From Candidatus Cloacimonadales bacterium (GTDB lineage: Bacteria; Cloacimonadota; Cloacimonadia; Cloacimonadales; DAONDQ01): 64,000 nt of DNA. Position 1 is the first letter of the stretch. The number at the start of each line of letters is the position of its first letter. Shown here one piece after another: positions 29,154 to 39,388 of the stretch. The DNA lies in NCBI GenBank assembly GCA_963662275.1, contig OY759316.1, positions 352,001 to 416,000 on the forward strand, written 5' to 3'. The translations under genes were made by a program, and so were the position numbers. The notes beneath the pieces were generated by a model, which was not told where the DNA came from, ran no database searches, and was given only the letters and a program-made list of their open reading frames with translations.

Positions 29154-32100
29154 ATGAAAAAAAGTGTATTATTCGTATTCGTTATGTTGCTTCTTACTTG
29201 TTTAACCTGGGCAAAACCAATTTCTTTAAACCAGGCAAAACAGGTTGCAAACAACATCATGATGGAACGGGGGAGTTTCATCAAATCAACAATTACAGAT
29301 AACATTGTAGAAAGAGACAACACGGGACAACCTCTGATTTATATTTTCAACTTCAAGCCAGCAAGCTTTGTCATGGTTTCTGCTGAAGATAATGTTGTTC
29401 CATTACTAGGTTTTTGTTTGGACCAAACCTATAGTAATAGCAATCATCCAATTCAATTTGATGATATGATGGCTAGTTTTCGTGGTCAGATCCAATACGC
29501 TCGTTTACACAGACTTAACTCAACTACCGAGATTAATAATGATTGGGCGCGGTTGAGTGTATCCACGAATAATTTTATACCGAACCATAATCGTGACCGT
29601 GATGTAACTCCTATCCTTCAATCGACTTGGGGACAGGAAAGTTATTATAATGCCTATACACCTTCTGGGACTCCTGTTGGTTGTGTGGCTGTTGCTATGG
29701 GTCAGATTATGAAACGCTGGAGTTTCCCAACAACCGGTACTGGTTCTAACAGCTATTCATGTCCACCTTATGGAACCCTATCAGCAGATTTTAGTACCTC
29801 AACTTATGCCTGGTCAACCATGCCCAATGCGCTTAGTTCTGCTAATCCAGACGTTGCAGGTCTTCTTTCTGATCTGGGAATTTCTGTAAATATGGATTAT
29901 GCTCCCGGTGCATCAGGTGCAACAGATGCAGCTGCTGCAAGTGCACTAGTTGATCATTTCAGTTATAAGAGTACTTTATCTGTAGTTAATAAGAATGGTT
30001 ATCCGGGTGGTGATGTAGCTTGGACAAATCTGATGCGTGCCGAAATTGATGCAGGTCGCCCCATGTATTATGCAGGTTATGGTATCAACAATGGTGAGTA
30101 TGAAGGTCATGCTTTCAATCTAGATGGCTACACAATCTCTGGTAATCTCTTTCATTTCAACTGGGGCTGGTATGGATATTATAACGGATATTTCACGTTG
30201 ACAAGTTTAAACCCCGGTGGTTCAGTATTTAATGATGACTGTTCTGCTATTATTGGGATTCAGCCAACTGCTGCTGCCGGCGGAACCCTATCCGAAGCGT
30301 TTAACGGTGTCACAGCACCCGCCATGCCAACCGGATGGATTGTTACTCCTGCATCAACATGGGTAACTGCTACGGCTGGGACTCTTGAAGGAACGAACTC
30401 GGCTTATTATACAGCGGTAGGAACTGCTTTTTCAGGAAAAAGACTAGTCACTCCCAAACTAACAGTAGTTGCCGGCAACACGATTAGTTTTTATGCAAAA
30501 CGAGGCTCTACAACAGGGGTTACTATCAAAGTAAAATGGTCTTCAGACGCAATCAGCTATAGTGATTTTTCCACACCTATATCACAAAGCTTGACAGGTA
30601 CTGCGACCACATATTCATTCCCGATTGGTACTTATAAGACAGGTGATTACTATGTTGCATTTGAAACCTACACCACTAATTCTACAGGAACCAGGCAAAT
30701 CTACCTGGATAGTGTTGTAGGTCCGGCACTTTGGATCAATTCATCTCCTGTTATCACCCTGAATACATCCACCTGGAATGCAGGGAATGTTGCCTCGGGT
30801 TCAGTTGGGTCATCAGGAGATATTTTTACTATTACCAATACAGGTTTAGCTAGTTTGACAATTACTTCTGCTGTTATCTCAGGTCCCAGCGCAGTAAAGT
30901 TCAACACTAACTTTAATACAGGCACCGTCCTCCAGTATAATCAATCGTATTCTTTCGGTTTTAATTATGAACCAACGATATATACGTCTGATACAGACAC
31001 TCTAACAATTGTGACAAATGGGGGAACGAAGAAAATCGTTTTAACCGGTACTTGCCAGTACAACATCATTAGTGATGGGTTCGAGTCTTATACAGACTTT
31101 GCCTTATCATTTCCACCTTGGACTTGTACTGATGTGGATTTGAAGACTACATATGGTATGAATGGTGTCAGTTGGGCAAATGCATATGCTGCCCAAGCAT
31201 TCATTATTTTTAATCCTTCGACAACCGTTCCACCTTTAGCAGGAGAAGTTAATGCCCCGCATGGTGGTGCAAAAATGGCTTGTAGCTTTGCCTCAGTACC
31301 TGGAAGTCCGGCGACTGCAAATAATGATTACTTGATTACTCAATTATTATCATTATCTGGATCAGGCTCAGCAACAGTGAATTTTTGGGCAAAATCTTAT
31401 GATCCTGACTATCTGGAAACATTCAAAGTTAAGTATTCGACAAGCTCTAATGCAGTTGGCAGTTTTTCAAATACACTGGCAACTGTGACATCTGTACCTA
31501 ATGCCTGGACTTTCTATACCTATACATTAACAGCAGTACAAGCAGCAGCATGTAAATATATTGCCATTAACAATATCGGATTGGACAAATACATTCTGAT
31601 GATTGATGACTTCTACATTCATGATGCTACTACACCTCCTGCACCACCGAGTTTCGGCAATGTAGAAGGATTTGTTTATGCCTACGGGACAACAACTCCG
31701 ATTCCAAATGCCTTGGTCACAGTTGGTGTGAAGACTGCTACGACCAATGCAAGCGGTTATTACAAAGTCAATAATTTGATTGTGGGTACCTATACAATGA
31801 CCTGCTCTGCACCAGGGACATTCTATTTTAGTACAACTCAAGCTTCTGTTGCGATCACGAGTGGTGCAACAACAGAACAAGCATTTGGACTGAAATGGTC
31901 AACCATCGCAGCAAATCCTACTACACTGACACAGACATTGAATCCGTTTGCGACTGCTGATCAGACTCTGACAATTACAAATCCTACAGGTACGGATAGT
32001 TTGAGATATGCTATTATTTGGCAGACTGCTTCGAGAAACAGTCATACACCGAATTTAGTCTCAAACGGTTTGAAAAAGCAAGTGGTTGACATCGAAGGCA

Positions 32101-34241
32101 CGAATTCAGCTCGTATCAACTTTCCTCATGCAGCAAGTACAGTAAATGATCGTAGTGCAGGCTGGGCAGATTATTCTGCTGGACTTGAACCCACATCAAT
32201 TACTTGGGCTGGACCTGAGCGTGGTGTATATTATAGTCTGAATGATTGGGGTCTTTTCTCCAATGGTGTGACTTTAACACAACTGCGTCATACTTTCTAT
32301 GAGGATTCAGATCATCTTTGGGGAGCAGATTCAACCTTTACTTTCAAAATTTACGATGCTGCAGGTACAACGGTATTATTTACTTCACCTTCACTATCGG
32401 CATTGAAATATCCCCTTGTCACAACTTATACACTTCCAACACCGATGACGTTTACTTCTGATTTCATCGTTGTTGTTCGACCGATAGGCGCTACTACAGC
32501 CGGATATCCGCTTTCAGTATTTTCAGATAATTCATCAGGATATTCGTATGTCAATTCTGGTGTATATCCTGCAACAAGCTGGGGAGCATTGGATGGTGAA
32601 TTCCTTCAAGGTGCTTACATTGCTGGAGATGAATGGGGAAGCTTATCCTCCTATTCAGGCGTTGTTGCACCGGGCGGATCAAAAAGTATAACAGTTCATT
32701 TTGATTCTGCGAACTTGAATGGAGTTACAAAAACTGCGAATGCAGTATTTGTGAATAATTCCAATTACATCAAACCTCGTGGTGATGATTTCCTCGTACC
32801 ATTGACTCTAAATGTGAATTCGGTTGTTCTACATTATGGTACATATAAAGGAAATGTGCTGAAATCAGGAACGACAACTCCAATCCCAAATGCCACTGTT
32901 ACAATCTGGGGTTTATCCGATGTAACAGATGTAAACGGATATTTTGAAATTCCCAATATTCTTGTAGGTACTTATAGTGCCACATGTACAGCACCCACTG
33001 ATAGTTATTACTACGATGAGACAGTTACCGGGGTTGTTATCAATGCAGAAGCATCAACCACCCAGAATATTTATCTGACTAAAGCTGAACTGATTGTTAG
33101 TCCATCATCGTTCTCTGTATCCGTAGCGGGTGGTGCTTTAACTGACCGTACATTAACAATCAGCAATACCAATGGTACGCATAACCTTCTATATGCGATC
33201 GACTTATGGGATACTTCAGCACGCTCGGAATCTCCTACGCTAAAAACGAAGGCTCCCGTAGTTGATATGAGTCATTCTGAGTTGTTACCGGCAGATGTGC
33301 AAGTTCACAATACACATGGACGTTCTTATGGCTGGTATGGATATACCAATACTGATGATTCCGACATTTATACATGGTCAGGTACAGAACGTGCCACCAA
33401 GTTTGTGTTACATGATCTTGGATTGCTGAAACCTGTTAAACTTCAAGTACTATCCTCATTCTTCTATAATCCGAGTGCAACACCATGGACAGATGCAACT
33501 TTCCATTTCGTGGTTTATGCTGCGGATGGTACGACTGTTCTATATACATCTCCTGCCATTGAAGCTACCAGCCTATCTGAGGTTCAAGATTCTCTTGCAA
33601 CTCCTCTCGAGATTAATGGAGACTTCTATCTTGCTGTCGTACCATCTGGTACGAGCGATAGTTCCCCATTCAACTTGGGAACAGATCTTTACTCCGGGAA
33701 TTCTTACTATAAGTCTTCCGGCGTTTGGACTCTTTCAACATCAGAATATCTGAACTTTGTCAAAGCGGAAGGTGCAGGTTGGTTATCAGTATCAAACAGC
33801 AACGGTACGGTTCTCCCGAATGGTACCACTGATTTAAGCCTGTACTTTGATGCCACAGGCTTGGAGAATACTAGTCGAACCTGTACTATTAAGATTTACA
33901 ACAACGCAGAAGATGTTCGTGATGTACCCGTTACATTTACAATAACCGGTGGTGAAATCAGTGGACCAACCGGTCTTACCGTTTCCACGATAAATAATCA
34001 TCCTGTGATTTCATGGGATACACTCAGCGGTGCTACCTCATATAATGTTTACGGTTCAGATGATCCGTATTCAACTGATTGGGGTACTCCTCTCGTTTCA
34101 CATACAACTTCCAGAAGCTATGTAGATACATCTGGGGCACTGTACCATTTCTACAAAGTTACGGCAATAGTTGGAGCAAAAAGTAATGTCGAAACGAATA
34201 TCGGTACAACAGCGAGTAAGCCGGTAAAAGTCAAAAAATAA
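29154..34241 (+). CDS. Secreted C10 (streptopain-like) cysteine peptidase with cleaved-adhesin-like, Ig-like and carboxypeptidase-regulatory-like domains
   Basis: Signal peptide; prodomain; WGQ..GCVAVAMGQIM (catalytic Cys), GHAFNLDGY, FHFNWGW; duplicated ~385-aa module starting GTTTPIPNA. Confidence 0.92.
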   Translation: MKKSVLFVFVMLLLTCLTWAKPISLNQAKQVANNIMMERGSFIKSTITDNIVERDNTGQPLIYIFNFKPASFVMVSAEDNVVPLLGFCLDQTYSNSNHPIQFDDMMASFRGQIQYARLHRLNSTTEINNDWARLSVSTNNFIPNHNRDRDVTPILQSTWGQESYYNAYTPSGTPVGCVAVAMGQIMKRWSFPTTGTGSNSYSCPPYGTLSADFSTSTYAWSTMPNALSSANPDVAGLLSDLGISVNMDYAPGASGATDAAAASALVDHFSYKSTLSVVNKNGYPGGDVAWTNLMRAEIDAGRPMYYAGYGINNGEYEGHAFNLDGYTISGNLFHFNWGWYGYYNGYFTLTSLNPGGSVFNDDCSAIIGIQPTAAAGGTLSEAFNGVTAPAMPTGWIVTPASTWVTATAGTLEGTNSAYYTAVGTAFSGKRLVTPKLTVVAGNTISFYAKRGSTTGVTIKVKWSSDAISYSDFSTPISQSLTGTATTYSFPIGTYKTGDYYVAFETYTTNSTGTRQIYLDSVVGPALWINSSPVITLNTSTWNAGNVASGSVGSSGDIFTITNTGLASLTITSAVISGPSAVKFNTNFNTGTVLQYNQSYSFGFNYEPTIYTSDTDTLTIVTNGGTKKIVLTGTCQYNIISDGFESYTDFALSFPPWTCTDVDLKTTYGMNGVSWANAYAAQAFIIFNPSTTVPPLAGEVNAPHGGAKMACSFASVPGSPATANNDYLITQLLSLSGSGSATVNFWAKSYDPDYLETFKVKYSTSSNAVGSFSNTLATVTSVPNAWTFYTYTLTAVQAAACKYIAINNIGLDKYILMIDDFYIHDATTPPAPPSFGNVEGFVYAYGTTTPIPNALVTVGVKTATTNASGYYKVNNLIVGTYTMTCSAPGTFYFSTTQASVAITSGATTEQAFGLKWSTIAANPTTLTQTLNPFATADQTLTITNPTGTDSLRYAIIWQTASRNSHTPNLVSNGLKKQVVDIEGTNSARINFPHAASTVNDRSAGWADYSAGLEPTSITWAGPERGVYYSLNDWGLFSNGVTLTQLRHTFYEDSDHLWGADSTFTFKIYDAAGTTVLFTSPSLSALKYPLVTTYTLPTPMTFTSDFIVVVRPIGATTAGYPLSVFSDNSSGYSYVNSGVYPATSWGALDGEFLQGAYIAGDEWGSLSSYSGVVAPGGSKSITVHFDSANLNGVTKTANAVFVNNSNYIKPRGDDFLVPLTLNVNSVVLHYGTYKGNVLKSGTTTPIPNATVTIWGLSDVTDVNGYFEIPNILVGTYSATCTAPTDSYYYDETVTGVVINAEASTTQNIYLTKAELIVSPSSFSVSVAGGALTDRTLTISNTNGTHNLLYAIDLWDTSARSESPTLKTKAPVVDMSHSELLPADVQVHNTHGRSYGWYGYTNTDDSDIYTWSGTERATKFVLHDLGLLKPVKLQVLSSFFYNPSATPWTDATFHFVVYAADGTTVLYTSPAIEATSLSEVQDSLATPLEINGDFYLAVVPSGTSDSSPFNLGTDLYSGNSYYKSSGVWTLSTSEYLNFVKAEGAGWLSVSNSNGTVLPNGTTDLSLYFDATGLENTSRTCTIKIYNNAEDVRDVPVTFTITGGEISGPTGLTVSTINNHPVISWDTLSGATSYNVYGSDDPYSTDWGTPLVSHTTSRSYVDTSGALYHFYKVTAIVGAKSNVETNIGTTASKPVKVKK

Positions 34242-34283
34242 CTGAATTAACCGGATTAATTCTGGTACAAGTATAACAATAAT

Positions 34284-34311
34284 GGCGTCCTGGAAACAGG
34301 ACGCCTATTTT
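34284..34311 (+). terminator. Intrinsic terminator
   Basis: GGCGTCCTG-gaaa-CAGGACGCC followed by TATTTT. Confidence 0.75.
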
Positions 34312-34348
34312 ATTGTAGAGAATAACGCCGATCATGCTAAATCCTAAT

Positions 34349-34647
34349 GCAGGGATAGACCCATGTGTCTATCCTTCAGTACTCATCCATTATTTGGATA
34401 GACACATGGGTCTATCCCTACGAGTCAGTTGTACTACATACTTCAGGATGTATAATCCTTTAGGATTTTAGCAAGAACAGTGTCTTGCTTAGCAACATTG
34501 ATTTAATGAATTCGAAAAGAAAGCAACTTTAAGCTTTACAAAATATCTTTCTTTGGAGATAGTCGAGACAGTAGGGATAGACCTGTGTGTCTATCCTATG
34601 ATATGAGATAGTTGCCTACCTGGATAGACACATGGATCTATCCCCAC
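34349..34647. repeat. Two REP-like inverted pairs, family G (GTAGGGATAGACCCATGTGTCTATCC)
   Basis: Copies 34349-34374/34396-34421 and 34571-34596/34622-34647, each followed by an AGCAAGA..TCTTGCT hairpin. Confidence 0.8.
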
Positions 34648-34746
34648 ATATTTAGAACACGAATGGTGTATGGGTCAATACTATAAGCAAGAATAGCGTC
34701 TTGCTTTACAATGATTATTTAAGAATGATAAAGGATAAATGTACGC

Positions 34747-36465
34747 ATGGAGAAGAAATGGATTGTAGAAGATTCGCAGTCTGTGAATCATACAGAATTC
34801 AAGCAAGAAATTATTCAGCATTTTAAATGCCCTGATCTGATTGCAGATTTATTAATCAGAAAGAACTTACAATCTATTGAGGAAATTGAATTATTCTTTC
34901 ATCCACAGATTGAACAAATGCACGATCCCTTCCTTTTCCACGATATGGATAAGGCAATTGACCGTATTCTCAAAGCAATAGAGCAACAGGAAAAGATTAC
35001 GATTTATGGCGATTATGATGTTGATGGAACAACTGCGACATCTCTGTTATATTTAGGTTTAAAGAGGCTTCATGCTATCATTGATTATTATATTCCGCAT
35101 AGGATGATCGATGGATATGGTATTTCCCTGAATGGTATGAATCAGCTTTGGGAAGAGAAAACAACTCTTGTGATCAGTGTAGATTGCGGTATTAATGCCT
35201 TGGAAGAAATTGATGCCATGAACAGGATGGGTATGGATATCATTATCACGGATCATCATAATCCCAAGGAAATCCTGCCTAACGCATACGCCATCATCAA
35301 TCCGAAGGTTAAAGATTGTGGTTATCCATTTCCACATCTTGCAGGTGTTGGTGTTGCCTATAAATTATTAATGGCTTTGTATCAGCGATTGGGGATTGAT
35401 TTTGTGGAAAACATACATAAATATCTTGATCTTGTCGCTCTTGGGACTATTGCTGATATCGTTCCACTGGTAGGGGAAAACCGTGTCTTTGCCAGTATTG
35501 GCTTACAGCACCTGATCCATAAGAAGAACTTAGGGTTGAACGCTCTAGTCAATATCTCAAACCTGAATCAGAAAGAGTTGGATGCGACAGATATAGTTTT
35601 TGGTCTTGCTCCCCGTATCAATGCTGCTGGACGCATGGAAAGCGCTGCACTTGCAGTTGAACTGATGATCTCTGTGGATGAAAACAGGAGTGCGGAGCTT
35701 GCCGAAGGTATCGAGCGTCAAAATTCTCTTCGTCAGCAGGAAGATCAGAAAACCTTCTTTCAAGCTTGTGAAATCATCGATAAAAAGTATAAAAATTTGA
35801 ATGAAGCTTTCTGTATGATCGTTTCTTCAGATGGGTGGCATCCCGGTGTTATTGGCATTGTTGCTTCCAAATTAGTCGAGAAGTATTACCGACCTGTGAT
35901 CATGATCTCTTTCAAAGATGGCATTGGTAGTGGCTCTGGGAGAAGTATTGCTGACTTTGATCTTTTCGGGGCTCTGACATTTGTGGAGCATAATCTTCAT
36001 AGTTTTGGCGGACACAAATATGCTGTGGGTCTTACAATTTATGAAGAATACCTGGATAAGTTCGAAAATGAACTGAATCGCTATGTGAAACAACATCTCA
36101 GTTTAATTCAAATGCTTCCACCTATGAAGATCGATAAGGAAATTGAAATATATGATATTAATGAAGATCTGATCTCATGGATCACCAAATTTGCTCCCTT
36201 TGGTCCAGAAAACGCAAGACCGATATTGGTAACTAACCAAGTTGTTATCTCGAATTATCCTTATAATGTCGGGAGAAATCATCTCAAATTAAAGGTTATG
36301 AAGGACGGTGTAAGCTTGGATATGATCGGTTACAATTTGGGTGACTTCCTTCCTTTATTGCGGAAGAATGCTGTCATTGATATTGCCTATACTCTCGAAA
36401 TGAATACGTTCCAAAATAAAAGAACGATCCAGGGTAAGTTGCGTGACATACATCTTCGCAAGTAA
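34747..36465 (+). CDS. recJ: Single-stranded-DNA-specific exonuclease
   Basis: GDYDVDG, VDCG, TDHH, GTIAD, PRINAAGR, GGHKYAVG, PFGPEN. Confidence 0.97.
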   Translation: MEKKWIVEDSQSVNHTEFKQEIIQHFKCPDLIADLLIRKNLQSIEEIELFFHPQIEQMHDPFLFHDMDKAIDRILKAIEQQEKITIYGDYDVDGTTATSLLYLGLKRLHAIIDYYIPHRMIDGYGISLNGMNQLWEEKTTLVISVDCGINALEEIDAMNRMGMDIIITDHHNPKEILPNAYAIINPKVKDCGYPFPHLAGVGVAYKLLMALYQRLGIDFVENIHKYLDLVALGTIADIVPLVGENRVFASIGLQHLIHKKNLGLNALVNISNLNQKELDATDIVFGLAPRINAAGRMESAALAVELMISVDENRSAELAEGIERQNSLRQQEDQKTFFQACEIIDKKYKNLNEAFCMIVSSDGWHPGVIGIVASKLVEKYYRPVIMISFKDGIGSGSGRSIADFDLFGALTFVEHNLHSFGGHKYAVGLTIYEEYLDKFENELNRYVKQHLSLIQMLPPMKIDKEIEIYDINEDLISWITKFAPFGPENARPILVTNQVVISNYPYNVGRNHLKLKVMKDGVSLDMIGYNLGDFLPLLRKNAVIDIAYTLEMNTFQNKRTIQGKLRDIHLRK

Positions 36466-36498
36466 ATGCTCTATATCTATAAACAAGGGAGTACAAGT

Positions 36499-37320
36499 AT
36501 GTTGAAGATATTTATCTTCTTATCAGCAACACTTTTGTTACTTGGCTGTGCCATGAATATACAAACTGTCAGTCCTTCAGCAACCGGTTTGAAAAGGGTT
36601 GATGTTGTTGAGACACCTTTTGAAATAGCCAAAGTCCAGTATAATGCCAATCGCAATACATATTATATTTGGGAAAAGAACTCCCCGAACATCCATATTT
36701 TCAGTAACGGAAGTGAAATCAATCTTGTAGGGGGACTTGGTTTTGCAAAAGAGAATTTTCAAAGATTATCTGATATCGGAATCGGAGTGGATGGTTCCTT
36801 GTATGCTTTAGATCAGCTTTTACGTAAACTGAAGAAGTTCGATCCAGTTGGTAAATGGCTTCTCGATTATGATGTCTCTTGGACACAAGAGCCGACTAAA
36901 TTTGCACTCGACCAATCAAACCAGATAATTCTATTCGATGATATTCAAAAAGAATTCATTTTTTCATCTGATTTAAGACCTGAAGATACCTTTACTTTCG
37001 GGAAATTCCAAGTGACGGATGTGAAGCAGATCACAATCGAAAACAATGGTATCGTTGTTTTTGAACCCGGTTCCGAACAAACTTCTTTCTTCTCAGTGCT
37101 TGGAGAGTACAAGGTAAGCCGGCAAGGGCAGATAATCTCTGATACTAGAGGAAATTTGTATAGATTGGATGCAAATTTTATTACAATCATCCCTTCTAAC
37201 CAGACTGCTGCAGCTTCTGTTCAACCCTATGTTTCTATCTATATTGCTGACCCCTATATACTGACAACAACAGAACATCAAGTACAGAGATGGTTAATAA
37301 ACTATGCCACAAAACCGTAG
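36499..37320 (+). CDS. Lipoprotein with NHL/beta-propeller-like segment
   Basis: GGGAG SD before ATG 36499; lipobox LLLGC; FQRLSDIGIGVDGSLYALD..KKFD..G. Confidence 0.7.
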   Translation: MLKIFIFLSATLLLLGCAMNIQTVSPSATGLKRVDVVETPFEIAKVQYNANRNTYYIWEKNSPNIHIFSNGSEINLVGGLGFAKENFQRLSDIGIGVDGSLYALDQLLRKLKKFDPVGKWLLDYDVSWTQEPTKFALDQSNQIILFDDIQKEFIFSSDLRPEDTFTFGKFQVTDVKQITIENNGIVVFEPGSEQTSFFSVLGEYKVSRQGQIISDTRGNLYRLDANFITIIPSNQTAAASVQPYVSIYIADPYILTTTEHQVQRWLINYATKP

Positions 37321-38836
37321 ATTATCGATGTATTTTCCTGTTTTTCTAAGTGCTTTATTATTGGGATTAAGCAGATTATTCCCTTCAACTTCCTTTTTTG
37401 CGATTCTAGCTTTCGTTCCGCTTTTTCGCTTCTTTGATAAACAATCCTATTCCTGGAAACAACTGCTGAATGCCAGTGCTATCTTTTCTATCACATATAC
37501 CGCTGTAGCTCTGCATTGGATAGCTCTTGTTACTGGACCAGGTGTTCTGGGTATGATGCTGCTTTTCACATTATATTTTTTCATTTTATTCTGGGTCATT
37601 CATTTCATTTGGAACCGATTATTATTCTTCAGGCTCTATGGTTTTCTTTTTGCCTGGCTTAGCTTTGAATTCATTTCAACCATGGGGGAACTTCGATTTC
37701 CCTGGTTCAATGTCGGGTATGCGTTTTCTGATTTCCTTTTACAAATTCAAGTTGCAGACATTGGTGGTATATATCTGATTTCTCTTATCGTCATTCTGAT
37801 CAATATATGCCTGTATCAACTTTCTTTAAAGAAATGGAAATACACATATGTATTAATTGCCGTTCTTGTGATTTGGATTGGTTATGGAATATACCGTGTC
37901 ACGACAATTCGTTTGCAAAAACAGCCCGATCGCATTGTTCTCATGCAGCCAAGTATTCCCCAAACCGAAAAATGGGAACCGCAACTACTGATCAATATCA
38001 TCAAATCTTATGAATCATTGACTATTCAAGCTGGTAAGAATGGAGTAAAACTTGTCATTTGGCCTGAAGCAGCAGTGCCTGATTACCTCTTGCATTCACC
38101 CGTGCTCTTGGATATCATCAAACAACTTTCAGGAAAACTGAACCTGGAAATTTTTACAGGTTTTCCTGATGCTTTAATTGCCCCAGAGAATTATCCTTCG
38201 AATTATTTGTATTACAATTCAGCAACGATGATTCATCCTGATGGAAGAATTGATGAACCTTACAGAAAGAACATTCTTGTCCCTGTTGGGGAAAGAATGC
38301 CTTTACTAAACATCTTTCCTATCCTTTGGAAAGTTCAATTTGGTCAGGCAAACTGGGAGTATGGGTCATCTTATACGTATTTTTCTTCACAAGGTCACAC
38401 TTTTTCACCGATGATCTGTTTTGAAATTGCCTTCCCGGAATTCATATCTCACATGGCAGATCATCCGGTTGACTACATTGTGAACATCACAAACGACGCT
38501 TGGTTCTATCATTCCAGGGGTACGTACCAACATGCTGCGATGGGAAAAATCAGGGCTGTGGAAATTAGAAAACAAATATACCGATGTGCCAATACAGGTA
38601 TTTCAATGGCTATCGATCCGCTTGGAAGGACACTGGAACAAACCCAACTATTTGCAATTGAGAATCTTGAAATTCCTCTTTTTATTACAAAATGTTCATC
38701 TGCGTATGTAAAATGGGGTTGGAAAACACCGTATATTTATTTAATACTTACTTTATTCCTATTTTTACTTGCCAGATTCAAACGTTCCTGCAAGGTATGT
38801 CAATTAATAGAAAAACGCTTGCAGCAAAAAGGGTAA
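37304..38836 (+). CDS. lnt: Apolipoprotein N-acyltransferase
   Basis: FPW, QPSIPQ..KW, IWPEAA, K..LVPVGE, ICFE, TNDAWF, RAVE, ANTGIS. Confidence 0.96.
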   Translation: MPQNRRLSMYFPVFLSALLLGLSRLFPSTSFFAILAFVPLFRFFDKQSYSWKQLLNASAIFSITYTAVALHWIALVTGPGVLGMMLLFTLYFFILFWVIHFIWNRLLFFRLYGFLFAWLSFEFISTMGELRFPWFNVGYAFSDFLLQIQVADIGGIYLISLIVILINICLYQLSLKKWKYTYVLIAVLVIWIGYGIYRVTTIRLQKQPDRIVLMQPSIPQTEKWEPQLLINIIKSYESLTIQAGKNGVKLVIWPEAAVPDYLLHSPVLLDIIKQLSGKLNLEIFTGFPDALIAPENYPSNYLYYNSATMIHPDGRIDEPYRKNILVPVGERMPLLNIFPILWKVQFGQANWEYGSSYTYFSSQGHTFSPMICFEIAFPEFISHMADHPVDYIVNITNDAWFYHSRGTYQHAAMGKIRAVEIRKQIYRCANTGISMAIDPLGRTLEQTQLFAIENLEIPLFITKCSSAYVKWGWKTPYIYLILTLFLFLLARFKRSCKVCQLIEKRLQQKG

Positions 38837-38842
38837 AGCGGA

Positions 38843-39295
38843 ATGAATGAAGTAACAAAAAAATATTATTACACTATTGGTGAAGTCAGTCGGATATTGG
38901 ATCTGAAACAATATGTAATCCGGTATTGGGAGACTGAATTTACACAACTGCACCCCAAAAAAGATCATGGCAGGAATAGAAAATATTCTGAAGAGAATAT
39001 TGATCTCTTAAGAACGATCAAAGATATGCTGTATAATCAGAAATATACGATTGATGGTGCGAGGCAGAAATTGAGCAGGCAAAACAAAACTAAAAAATTT
39101 GAACAACTTGAATTTGAATTCCAACGTGATGAAACACCTATGTTGGAAGAAATTGCTGAACCTGCTAATGTAGATACAATATTGATTACATTTCGCCAGA
39201 GACTCCATGAGTTTTCGAAGGAAATTCAGAATTTTAAGGAAAGATGGAACGTAAAGCAGGACTCCGTTCCTGCTAAATCTAAAAAAGTGGAGTAG
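38843..39295 (+). CDS. MerR-family transcriptional regulator
   Basis: YYTIGEVS..VIRYWETEF..P.K..GRNRKY..YTIDGA. Confidence 0.9.
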   Translation: MNEVTKKYYYTIGEVSRILDLKQYVIRYWETEFTQLHPKKDHGRNRKYSEENIDLLRTIKDMLYNQKYTIDGARQKLSRQNKTKKFEQLEFEFQRDETPMLEEIAEPANVDTILITFRQRLHEFSKEIQNFKERWNVKQDSVPAKSKKVE

Positions 39296-39381
39296 GATTC
39301 CGATCCTACTAAATGCGAGGCTAAAATGACCTTGTTATTTTCGATACTCATTCTTCAGTAGGATCGGAATCCTACTCAACG
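39287..39381. repeat. REP-like family B inverted pair; supplies the MerR stop codon
   Basis: GTGGAGTAGGATTCCGATCCTACT matches 356-379; its TAG is the MerR stop. Confidence 0.8.
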
Positions 39382-39388
39382 AAATAAA

